DNA of 64,000 nucleotides from a bacterium (lineage in GTDB: Bacteria > Zhuqueibacterota > Zhuqueibacteria > Residuimicrobiales > Krinioviventaceae), in assembly GCA_963693055.1 (NCBI GenBank), contig OY843751.1, forward strand, positions 512,001 to 576,000, in the 5' to 3' direction. The notes below the pieces were generated by a model. The model was not told where the DNA came from, did not search any database, and worked only from the letters and a program-made list of their open reading frames with translations. This document shows positions 55,966 through 64,000 of the stretch, piece after piece; position 1 is the stretch's first letter, and the number at the start of each line of letters is the position of its first letter. The position numbers and the translations under genes are program-made.

Positions 55966-57699
55966 ATGAATACGTTTAAAGGTATTTCATATTTGCTGCT
56001 GCTGTTATTATTTGTATTGGCGGGGTGCGACAGCCCTGTGCAGACAGAGCAGAAACTGGGCAGTTGGTACAATGACGAAAATGTGGTAAGTGGAGTGGGG
56101 GATATACTTGACATTGCCTGTTCCCCGGTTGACGAAAGTATTGTGTTCTCTCGCAGACAAGTGTTGATGAATCTCGTAGGTTTTGACTTTCAGGGAAACG
56201 CTCAGGATACTTTATATAAAGTCCCTTCAAGCCAGTACGAAAGTATTCGATTTTGCAAGGTGTCATCTGCCAATAAAATGGCTGTTCTGTACGAGGATGG
56301 TATCTTAAGAATTACTGATTTGAATACCCAATCGACTTCCAATTCATATTGGGGTGGTACAAACATCTATGCAATTAAATGGTCGCTTGATGGTCAAAAA
56401 CTGTATTTGCTGAATAACTTGGATTATGATTTGTACCATATCATTGTTCTGGATGATCAGGGTAACAAAATCGCTGAAACTGAAGTTCAGGGATTGAGAC
56501 TATATCATGATTTTAGTATTAGTCCCGATGGAAGCATTATGTTAACGTATGCATATATATATGAAAATAGCAATGATACCCGGGGTATTTATAAAATTAA
56601 TGTTGAAACCGGTGAATATGAATTATTTATTAAATCATCATACACTAATACACCTGCCATTTCACCTGAGGGTGAACGGTTAGCCTATCTGGCTGTCAAT
56701 GACTCAACACGCATCCGGTCACTTGTCCTGGCGGATAAAGATGGAAATACCATAGAAACCGTAGTGGACACGCTGGGTAGTATTGTTCATTTAGAATTCA
56801 CTCTCGATGGCAAGAAACTTTTGTTTTTAGGACAGCCCCACAGTTCAGTGACTGGTTTTGAAAGGGGCTGGTATGCCTATGATTTTGATTCCAAAGCATT
56901 ATCTTTTTTAAATCTTGATTTTAATGATCATTACTTTGCCGGATTCGGTCAGGATGGAGAAACATTATTGAAATATTATTATGGCGAAATATATAATATT
57001 TGCACAGTTGATCAGGATTCTAGCGTGGTGAGCGTGACTGATTTTACCGAGTATGAACAAGATGATCCTGTATATACACCGGATGGCAGTGAAATTTTGT
57101 TTGTTTACAGATCAGATTTTTATAAAGTACCGGTTACCGGGGGAGAATGGACACCTTTTTTGCATGATGCACAGACTTTTATTGATTCCAAGTATAATCC
57201 TGTTATATCTCCGGATGGTCATTATCTTGCATTTGAATACCAGTATGGAACAATTATTTATGACCTTGAGCGGAACCAGTCCTTGGATTCTATTGAGGAG
57301 GGTAAAAATCCTACCTGGAGTCCGAATAGTGATGAAATTGCCTGTGTGGTTAAGGCTGATTCCTATTATTCAGAGAATGAGGTAGACCAGGTGGTGATTT
57401 GTCATTTGTGGGAGGATGGTCTTGGTCAAAAAAGAAAATATGATGTCGGAGAAATTTATGATATTGACTGGATCAATGCCACCAGCAGCTTTCCCTATGA
57501 GATCCTGATCAGTTGTGGTTGGCGGGAAAATTATGGCTATGAACTCAAAATTCTGGATGAATGGACAGGAGACACTGAAAGGTTGATGAACACGACTTAT
57601 GGCCCCCTAGAGGCCAGGTGGTCTGCTATAAACCAGGATGTGGTTTTTAAAAGAGGTAATTATACCATTGAACGACGCAGAATTTTGGAGGATTTTTAG
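55966..57699 (+). CDS. TolB-like (PD40 repeat) beta-propeller lipoprotein
   Basis: LAGC lipobox after ATG 55966; repeated WSLDG, ISPDG, ISPEG, YTPDG and WSPNS. Confidence 0.85.
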   Translation: MNTFKGISYLLLLLLFVLAGCDSPVQTEQKLGSWYNDENVVSGVGDILDIACSPVDESIVFSRRQVLMNLVGFDFQGNAQDTLYKVPSSQYESIRFCKVSSANKMAVLYEDGILRITDLNTQSTSNSYWGGTNIYAIKWSLDGQKLYLLNNLDYDLYHIIVLDDQGNKIAETEVQGLRLYHDFSISPDGSIMLTYAYIYENSNDTRGIYKINVETGEYELFIKSSYTNTPAISPEGERLAYLAVNDSTRIRSLVLADKDGNTIETVVDTLGSIVHLEFTLDGKKLLFLGQPHSSVTGFERGWYAYDFDSKALSFLNLDFNDHYFAGFGQDGETLLKYYYGEIYNICTVDQDSSVVSVTDFTEYEQDDPVYTPDGSEILFVYRSDFYKVPVTGGEWTPFLHDAQTFIDSKYNPVISPDGHYLAFEYQYGTIIYDLERNQSLDSIEEGKNPTWSPNSDEIACVVKADSYYSENEVDQVVICHLWEDGLGQKRKYDVGEIYDIDWINATSSFPYEILISCGWRENYGYELKILDEWTGDTERLMNTTYGPLEARWSAINQDVVFKRGNYTIERRRILEDF

Positions 57700-57715
57700 G
57701 GTGAATACATTCAAA

Positions 57716-60034
57716 ATGAAGAACATGATCGCATGGATTGTTGTGTCGTTGATGGTATTGGCAGGATTCAGCTCCGGTTTTGCTGCTGTGCGCGGACTGG
57801 TGCTGGATGAAGATACCAAAAAACCTCTCGAACTTGTAAATATCAAGATATTGGATACAACATCAGGTACTTCTACTGACACTGACGGTTATTTTAAACT
57901 GGTCAATATACCAGCCAAATCTTTTGATATTGAAATTACCTGCATTGGTTACAAAGATCGCATCATTGAACATATTGATCCTGATAAAGATGTGTTTCTG
58001 GATATCTTTTTAAAACCGGATGTGATCAGCATGCAGGGAGTACAGATCGATGGTGACAAGTTTGATCCGCGGTACCGAACGGAATTGTCCCGTACGGACA
58101 TGATGACCTTGAAGGCCCGCGAGGTTTACAAAACTGCTGGCGCACTTGACGATATATCCCGTGCTGTGCAAATGCAGGGCAGTGTGGTCCCAGGTGGAGA
58201 TTATACCAGTTTTTACGCGGTACGTGGTGGATCACCGGACCAAAACATAGTTATGATGGATGGCATCCTGTTTCCCAATCCCTATCGTTTGCGCATGATT
58301 ATGGGCGGTGGATTGAGCGTGTTTAATCCGCATACGGTTTCTGATGTGAATCTGCAAGTGGGACATTTTTCAGCGGAATATGGAGATTTTATGTCCTCAG
58401 TATTGGGTGTGGAAAGCCGTTCCGGCAGGAGAGACCGATTCGGTTTTGGTGGAAACATAAATGCAATCAATACCAATCTGTATTTTGAAGGACCCATTTC
58501 ACATACTAATGGCAGTTGGCTGGTTACAGGCAGACGCAGTTATTTTGATCTGATAGCAGACCAGATTGATGACACCCAGGATACGTATCCCCAAACCTGG
58601 GATTATACCGCCAAACTTGTTTTCCCCGTTAATGCCCGCAACAAGTTTGAGATAAAGTCATTGTCCAGTCATGAAGAAATGTACATGAACTCGGAAGAGT
58701 ACAAGAATATAGAATTCAAAGAAAGCGCGGATATTGATCTGTTTGCGCTTACCTATAAAGGACTCTGGACAGATAAAATATATGAAACCATCCATGTAGC
58801 CTATTATGATGAAGCGTTTAATTATAATATCAACAAGCCCACCCGATGGGATTCAACAGATGCAAACTACAAGTCTAAAATCAAGAATTTTATGATCAAA
58901 GAGGATGTGTCCATAGAGTTGGCGGAAAATCATTGGATTAGCCGCGGATTTTATTATTCCATTATGGAATCTGACATGGGTTATAGTGACAATGTAAATG
59001 AGATCGCGTTTTCCAGACGCACCATGCCGCCTACTATTGACTATGACAGATCTCACAACCAGTTAGCCGCGTATGTGGATTATTCGGCACGCTGGTTTGA
59101 TCGTCTCGAAACCCGGGCCGGGGTGCGTTACGACTATTCATCCCTGGTGGAAAAGGGCCATACCAGTCCACGTATTTCCATGTTGTATCGATTATCAAAA
59201 AATGTGAGTATAAACGGATTTTGGGGCTTGTGTTACCAGTACCCCAATGTAATGTCCATCTTTAACCGGGACTGGCCCCTGGCTCTGGACAAAGTGGAGC
59301 AAGAGTTGGAGGCTGAACGCGCGGAACATCTGGTGCTGGGTATGAAAATGAATATCCTGGATTATTTCACAGCCCAGGTTGATGGCTATGTCAAAGCGTA
59401 TGATGATTTATTGTTACCCATGGATTTTGAACAATTTATCCCAGAAAACAGCGGTGAAGGTTATTCTGCAGGTATGGAGGTTTCGCTGCAAACCCGATCC
59501 CGTCCCACAGATCGGTTTAGCGCTATGATCAGTTATTCCTTGAGTGAGTCCCGATATCGAATTAAAGAAGAATATGAACGATGGGAGAGTAAATTTCGCA
59601 CATTTAGATGGATACCCTACAATTATGACCGGCTGCACAGTTTGACCGCCATTGGAAATGTCAAATTAACTAAAAAACTATCGGCAAGCGCAACTTGGCG
59701 ATATGGCAGCGGATTACCCTATTTTGAGATACATCAATTCAGAGATGTAAGCGGATTGCATAACAGTTTTGTAAAAGAATTTGATAATATTGAACGACTG
59801 CCTGCTTATATGCGGTTGGATATACGTGTGAATTATCTGTTCGAGTGGCTGGGAATGGATTGTTCCGGCTATATTGATCTCACCAATGTTCTAAACCGGA
59901 AAAATATTTACGATGTGTTATGGTACACCGATGATGATAATGTTACATATGACGGATATCAGAAAAGTATCTTCCGTCGCAACATTTACATGATGCCGTT
60001 TGTACCCTCTGTTGGTATCAGTTTTCGTTACTGA
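57716..60034 (+). CDS. TonB-dependent receptor
   Basis: VRGGSPDQNIVMMDG; FSAEYGDFMSSV; RLPAYMRLD; C-terminal GISFRY. Confidence 0.92.
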   Translation: MKNMIAWIVVSLMVLAGFSSGFAAVRGLVLDEDTKKPLELVNIKILDTTSGTSTDTDGYFKLVNIPAKSFDIEITCIGYKDRIIEHIDPDKDVFLDIFLKPDVISMQGVQIDGDKFDPRYRTELSRTDMMTLKAREVYKTAGALDDISRAVQMQGSVVPGGDYTSFYAVRGGSPDQNIVMMDGILFPNPYRLRMIMGGGLSVFNPHTVSDVNLQVGHFSAEYGDFMSSVLGVESRSGRRDRFGFGGNINAINTNLYFEGPISHTNGSWLVTGRRSYFDLIADQIDDTQDTYPQTWDYTAKLVFPVNARNKFEIKSLSSHEEMYMNSEEYKNIEFKESADIDLFALTYKGLWTDKIYETIHVAYYDEAFNYNINKPTRWDSTDANYKSKIKNFMIKEDVSIELAENHWISRGFYYSIMESDMGYSDNVNEIAFSRRTMPPTIDYDRSHNQLAAYVDYSARWFDRLETRAGVRYDYSSLVEKGHTSPRISMLYRLSKNVSINGFWGLCYQYPNVMSIFNRDWPLALDKVEQELEAERAEHLVLGMKMNILDYFTAQVDGYVKAYDDLLLPMDFEQFIPENSGEGYSAGMEVSLQTRSRPTDRFSAMISYSLSESRYRIKEEYERWESKFRTFRWIPYNYDRLHSLTAIGNVKLTKKLSASATWRYGSGLPYFEIHQFRDVSGLHNSFVKEFDNIERLPAYMRLDIRVNYLFEWLGMDCSGYIDLTNVLNRKNIYDVLWYTDDDNVTYDGYQKSIFRRNIYMMPFVPSVGISFRY

Positions 60035-60651
60035 TCTGCGGCCATTTCCTGCAGTTTGCCAATAACATAATCTTTGGTATCGTGCACCAGTTGCGGTAAT
60101 GTACCGCCAAACATGTCTGCTACTTCAGCATAGGCCTTTCGGATGTTGCTTTCCGCGTTTTCAAGGTAAGCAGCGTCCAGGTTTTCTGCGCCTTCCGGAA
60201 TCCAGATGTCCAGAATTCGAGCGCCGGTATTTTCAGCGTTGAAATAGTCGGGTACAATACCCATCTGGACTTTTTTCCAGTCCTCAGGATTCTCAGTAAA
60301 ATAGGCTTCAACACCAAAAGGATCGCTGGTGACTTTGTCTTTTTCGTAAAGCTGATCATAAGATTTGGCATACCCTTCCTGCAATAGCGCATAGGTTTGT
60401 CTCCAAATCTCTTTCCTGATACTTTCCCGATTCACAATGTCGTTAGAATCTTCTTCTGCAATCGCTGTGTCGGTTTCTGTAGATGTATTGACCTCTCCTT
60501 TTTGATTGTAAAAGGAGAAAAGACGTTCATTCATCATACGAGTAAAATCAAGCTTTTCTTCGGACTGTTCAGCCCCTTTTTCTTTAACTTTTTTTGTGTC
60601 GGTCAGCCTTGCTACGGGATCCGAATACGGATTAACCGGTGAAATCTGCAT
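60028..60651 (-). CDS. DUF5610-like hypothetical protein
   Basis: SD GGAGG before ATG 60651; YFNAENTGARILD; FGGTLPQLVHDT. Confidence 0.75.
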   Translation of the reverse strand: MQISPVNPYSDPVARLTDTKKVKEKGAEQSEEKLDFTRMMNERLFSFYNQKGEVNTSTETDTAIAEEDSNDIVNRESIRKEIWRQTYALLQEGYAKSYDQLYEKDKVTSDPFGVEAYFTENPEDWKKVQMGIVPDYFNAENTGARILDIWIPEGAENLDAAYLENAESNIRKAYAEVADMFGGTLPQLVHDTKDYVIGKLQEMAADQ

Positions 60652-60715
60652 AACACCTCCACCCATTCAAATACATATATAAATATACAAATACCATGGT
60701 TTACTACTGTTAATA

Positions 60716-60742
60716 GTATCGGCAGGATGTTATGAATCTTGA
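60716..60742 (-). promoter_or_regulatory. Sigma28 (FliA)-type promoter
   Basis: TCAA-N15-GCCGATAC versus consensus TAAA-N15-GCCGATAA. Confidence 0.7.
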
Positions 60743-60746
60743 ATGA

Positions 60747-60783
60747 AAAGCCGGAAAATTTATTTTTTCCGGCTTATTTTTTT
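60747..60783. terminator. Intrinsic terminator after the PHP gene
   Basis: AAGCCGGAAAA / TTTTCCGGCTT. Confidence 0.7.
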
Positions 60784-60786
60784 AAT

Positions 60787-61911
60787 TTATTGAAAGTGTA
60801 TTGATGGTTGAATGGATGTGGATAAAGGTGTATCAGGTGATGTTTTCAGGTTTTTAATAGAATAGGTAAGAGTGATAATTTTATCTCCCTTTAAATTCTC
60901 GGATTTGGCCCGAATAACTATTGGGGTGATTGTATGTGGTTCTAGCACAACCGTTTCAGTAAACTCTATCTCATCTGAATTATTGTTCGCTTTAAGCTGA
61001 AATTCAATATCAGAATTGTTTTGGATATACAAAGCTTTCCTTTCTTTCCCTTTTAAAACAATGTTCGTGTTTTCAATCATTATTGCATTATTGAACAGTG
61101 GTTCTAAATATTCTTTTTTGCCCATTATTACTTTATCAAACCATACTGCAGTTCTACCTGCTTTGAGTGCTTTGTGAATGCTTTCAGCCGTTCTCTCTTT
61201 TGCAAATACAAGTGTCATAGGACGATGACTACCAGTTTGCACTGGATATTCAAGAGATACCAGGCTGTGAATGTCGGTATTTCCCAGCATTGTGAGGTTT
61301 TTATCAATTGCCCACTGAAAGGCGAGTGGATAATATTCAGATTCATTAACAATTTCTATTCCATGCATCCAGCCATTTTCAAAAATTTCGGTATGTTCGT
61401 CATACCAGATTGGAATTGTATTGGGCTGCCGCCAACCGGGGTGGTTCCAGAAGACAAATGCGCCCTGGTCTATTGCTGCTTTAATGGCATCCTGCCATTT
61501 TTTAACATCAAGTTTATCAATATCATCTACAAAAAGGGCATTAAAGTGTCCTGGCGGCATATGACGTGTAATTTCTGCACCTTTTATTAGGATAATATTG
61601 AGTGATTTTGCTCGGTCTTTGGCAATTTCGTAGGGACGGTTGTGGTTTTTTGGTAAATCCTCTTTATGGACCTGGTACTCAATATGATCTGTTATGGCAA
61701 TGGCATCTAATCCCTCTGCCCAGGCTTCATCTACGCGAGCGGTTGGCCACACATCTCCATCTGAAAATACAGTATGCGTGTGCAAATCGCATTTCAATGT
61801 TTGATATCCAGGTATGTTGGGTATCTGGATAATATCTCGTGAACGAGCAAAAAGTATTGTATGTAACATGAAAATGCAGAAAACAACAGCAAACAAAGAA
61901 CGAGATTTCAT
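60787..61911 (-). CDS. Exported PHP-domain phosphoesterase (Sb-PDE-like)
   Basis: CDLHTHTVFSDG; AITDH; GHFNA; WNHP; GNTDIH; SD GGAGGA. Confidence 0.9.
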   Translation of the reverse strand: MKSRSLFAVVFCIFMLHTILFARSRDIIQIPNIPGYQTLKCDLHTHTVFSDGDVWPTARVDEAWAEGLDAIAITDHIEYQVHKEDLPKNHNRPYEIAKDRAKSLNIILIKGAEITRHMPPGHFNALFVDDIDKLDVKKWQDAIKAAIDQGAFVFWNHPGWRQPNTIPIWYDEHTEIFENGWMHGIEIVNESEYYPLAFQWAIDKNLTMLGNTDIHSLVSLEYPVQTGSHRPMTLVFAKERTAESIHKALKAGRTAVWFDKVIMGKKEYLEPLFNNAIMIENTNIVLKGKERKALYIQNNSDIEFQLKANNNSDEIEFTETVVLEPHTITPIVIRAKSENLKGDKIITLTYSIKNLKTSPDTPLSTSIQPSIHFQ

Positions 61912-62004
61912 CTGTTCCTCCATTTTGTGATGATTAGTAATTCTTAACTTTATCTACTAATGGTATTATTAGTTTTATTTTAGAGAATGATTAATAAATG
62001 ATTA

Positions 62005-62457
62005 TTATTGATTATCTTTCTTTGACAAGTAATTTATGATCTGGTGTAATTTATCTTTGAGCGCTTTCATGTCATCTATTGATAGGGGGGAATTCATTAA
62101 ATCCTGAACAAGTTTTTCCGGTACTTTTGCTGCCTTGAGACGCATTAAACGTCCTTTATCAGTAAGGGAAATAATAACTTTACGTTCGTCTCTGGAAGAG
62201 CGTGTTCTGGTTATGAACCCCAAAGTTTCCATGCGTTTAAGCAAAGGGGTTACGGTATTGGTATTAAGGACCAGTTTTTGTGCAATATCATTGACTGTGA
62301 TATTATCAGTTTCCCAAAGGACCATAAAAACAAGGTATTGCGGATAGGTGATTCCCAATTCATCCAAATAAGGCTTATATTCCCGTATAATCAACCGGGA
62401 AGCTGCATATACGGGAAAACAGAGTTGATTTTCCAGTTTTAATTGATCAAAATCCAT
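62005..62457 (-). CDS. ohrR: OhrR-like MarR family peroxide-sensing regulator
   Basis: LENQLCFPVYAASR (sensing Cys); TYPQYLV; TPLLKRME; RDER. Confidence 0.88.
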   Translation of the reverse strand: MDFDQLKLENQLCFPVYAASRLIIREYKPYLDELGITYPQYLVFMVLWETDNITVNDIAQKLVLNTNTVTPLLKRMETLGFITRTRSSRDERKVIISLTDKGRLMRLKAAKVPEKLVQDLMNSPLSIDDMKALKDKLHQIINYLSKKDNQ

Positions 62458-62499
62458 AATATCTACGTTAACAAGTTTGCCTTTGAATATACATTTTAT

Positions 62500-62985
62500 T
62501 TATGAAATCAAAAAGTTTTTTATCTCTTGCTCGATCTGTGCTGGCTTTGTAGTGGGTGAGAATCGCTTTACCGGCTCTCCATTGCTGTTAATAAGAAACT
62601 TTGTAAAATTCCATTTGATTTTACTGTTAAACAAACCACCCAAACTAGATTTAAGATATTTAAAAATGGGATGCGCATTAGGACCGTTTACCTCAATTTT
62701 GGAAAACATGGGAAATGTGACACCGTAATTAATCACGCAACTTTCAGAGATAGATTTTTCATTACCGGGTTCCTGATTTCCAAATTGGTTGCAGGGAAAT
62801 CCTAAAATAATAAAGCCTTTGTCTTTGTATTTTTTGTAAAGTTTTTCCAGTCCCTCGTATTGTGGCGTTAATCCGCATTTGCTTGCTGTATTTACAACCA
62901 GAATTGTTTTGCCCTGAAACTCTTTCATATTCGCCTGGTTTCCCTGAATATCTGTTGCTGAGAATTGATAAAAATTGTTTTGCAT
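62500..62985 (-). CDS. gpx: Cys-type glutathione peroxidase homolog
   Basis: VNTASKCGLTPQY; GFPCNQFG; IKWNFTKFL. Confidence 0.95.
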   Translation of the reverse strand: MQNNFYQFSATDIQGNQANMKEFQGKTILVVNTASKCGLTPQYEGLEKLYKKYKDKGFIILGFPCNQFGNQEPGNEKSISESCVINYGVTFPMFSKIEVNGPNAHPIFKYLKSSLGGLFNSKIKWNFTKFLINSNGEPVKRFSPTTKPAQIEQEIKNFLIS

Positions 62986-63021
62986 TATTTGTCTCCAATA
63001 GCATTAAATATCTTTAGCGAC

Positions 63022-63056
63022 TATATCGCTTACGATATAAAATTGAAAAGGTTTCA
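63022..63056 (-). promoter_or_regulatory. ECF promoter TGAAAC-N16-CGTA with a palindromic operator over its -10
   Basis: GTTTCA 63051-63056 and TACG 63031-63034 on the + strand; TATATCG-CTTA-CGATATA at 63022-63039. Confidence 0.7.
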
Positions 63057-63126
63057 AAAGTATTTACATTTTTCTAAATTTTAGTGATCAACATTGCAAA
63101 TAATTGAACTAGAAAGGGCGGGATAT

Positions 63127-63164
63127 AAAAAAAGGCCGTAATAAAATTTATTACAGCCTTTTTT
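63127..63164. terminator. Intrinsic terminator
   Basis: A-tract, GGCCGTAATAAAA / TTTTATTACAGCC, T-tract. Confidence 0.75.
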
Positions 63165-63181
63165 ATAATTAAAAAGATCAA

Positions 63182-64000
63182 TTATTTCATCATAACCATG
63201 CGTTTGCTGATTTTTTGGCTTCCGCTGGTTAATTGGTAAATATAGATACCAGATGCAACTGATCTTGCATTGTCATCTTTACCATCCCAGGTCAACTCGT
63301 AGTTACCGGCTGGCATTTCAGAATTTGCCAGTGTACGGATTGCTTGTCCCTGCAGATTGTAAACAACCAGTTTGGTCATTTCAGTTGCAGGCAGTGTAAA
63401 AGCAATATTGGTTGTTGGGTTGAATGGATTGGGGTAATTTTGTTTCAGATTAAAATCAGTAGCAACAGCTACTTCTTCTTCAACTGCGGTTCCACCAGGA
63501 ACTGAAGATCTAACTACAACATCATCAATGATGAATTGATCGCCAGCGTCAGTTGCAGGAGCAGAGCCAAAAGTAGCAAACATGTTATAAGTACCGGTAA
63601 CACGTGGTTCTGCGTCTACGGCTTCAATCAGCCATTCTTCGGGTTCATCTTCTTCAAAACCTTCCCAAATTTTAACTTTAATGTCGCCTTCGTTGAGGTA
63701 CCATTTTACCCAATAGAATACATCCAGGTCAAAATCAAAATCGGTGGGAGCTGCAAAATAGTTCCAGGAATCTGGATTCAACGCTGCCATCGCGCCTTCA
63801 TATTTTGCAACAGCAGTTTGGTCTGCCAAGGGATTCAGTACCAGTGCGTATGTTGAAGCTTCGGTAGGATCTGCGTCACCGCGTTTTTCATCCATAGGCA
63901 TTCTTGCGCCAACCACCAACATGGAAGAGGTAAAGCGTTTACAGTTAACCTGAAAAGTCAGAATCTGGTTTGGGCTGCCCCATGAATTCTGTTTTGCACG
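63182..64000 (-). CDS. Secreted protein with FlgD-Ig/T9SS-like C-terminal domain; 5' end beyond window
   Basis: LKQNYPNPFNPTT; YNLQGQAIRTL; WDGKDD; ASGIYIY; frame open to base 64000. Confidence 0.88.
   Translation of the reverse strand, partial: RAKQNSWGSPNQILTFQVNCKRFTSSMLVVGARMPMDEKRGDADPTEASTYALVLNPLADQTAVAKYEGAMAALNPDSWNYFAAPTDFDFDLDVFYWVKWYLNEGDIKVKIWEGFEEDEPEEWLIEAVDAEPRVTGTYNMFATFGSAPATDAGDQFIIDDVVVRSSVPGGTAVEEEVAVATDFNLKQNYPNPFNPTTNIAFTLPATEMTKLVVYNLQGQAIRTLANSEMPAGNYELTWDGKDDNARSVASGIYIYQLTSGSQKISKRMVMMK

Noticed and set aside
62500-62985. Selenocysteine glutathione peroxidase or stop-codon recoding
   Set aside because: The active-site codon is TGC; I saw no in-frame TGA readthrough pattern in the window.

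Overview
AT-rich bacterial chromosomal window. A FlgD-Ig/T9SS-like C-terminal domain protein, three TonB-dependent receptors and Tat-exported sulfatases and aldo/keto reductases suggest an FCB-superphylum organism such as KSB1 or Calditrichota (inference). It holds about 50 genes: djlA, proA, a DEAD-box helicase, BlaI with an M56-M23 fusion, NRAMP, a FIST-histidine kinase cluster, Fur/PerR with bacterioferritin, SulP, an MntR-TBDT unit, a PL10 lyase, tandem GNATs, an IS5 transposase, sulfatases, a GH63-like hydrolase and gpx-ohrR. I saw no rRNA, tRNA or CRISPR array. The strongest signals are regulatory. (1) Three tandem small-RNA units at 528-952 each have an ECF-type promoter (AAC-N16-(C/G)GTT) and a terminator. 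Two display UACCC in covarying hairpin loops, and the third is complementary to the next gene's RBS. (2) An orphan ~415-nt structured element at 5760-6174 has paired ends, a perfect 7-1-7 Fur-type box beside its promoter and an internal antisense sigma70 promoter. (3) A His-rich membrane ORF ending in the RAPP arrest motif lies between mntR and a metal-type TonB receptor. Family assignments come from motif recognition by eye, not database searches, and RNA pairings were derived by hand.
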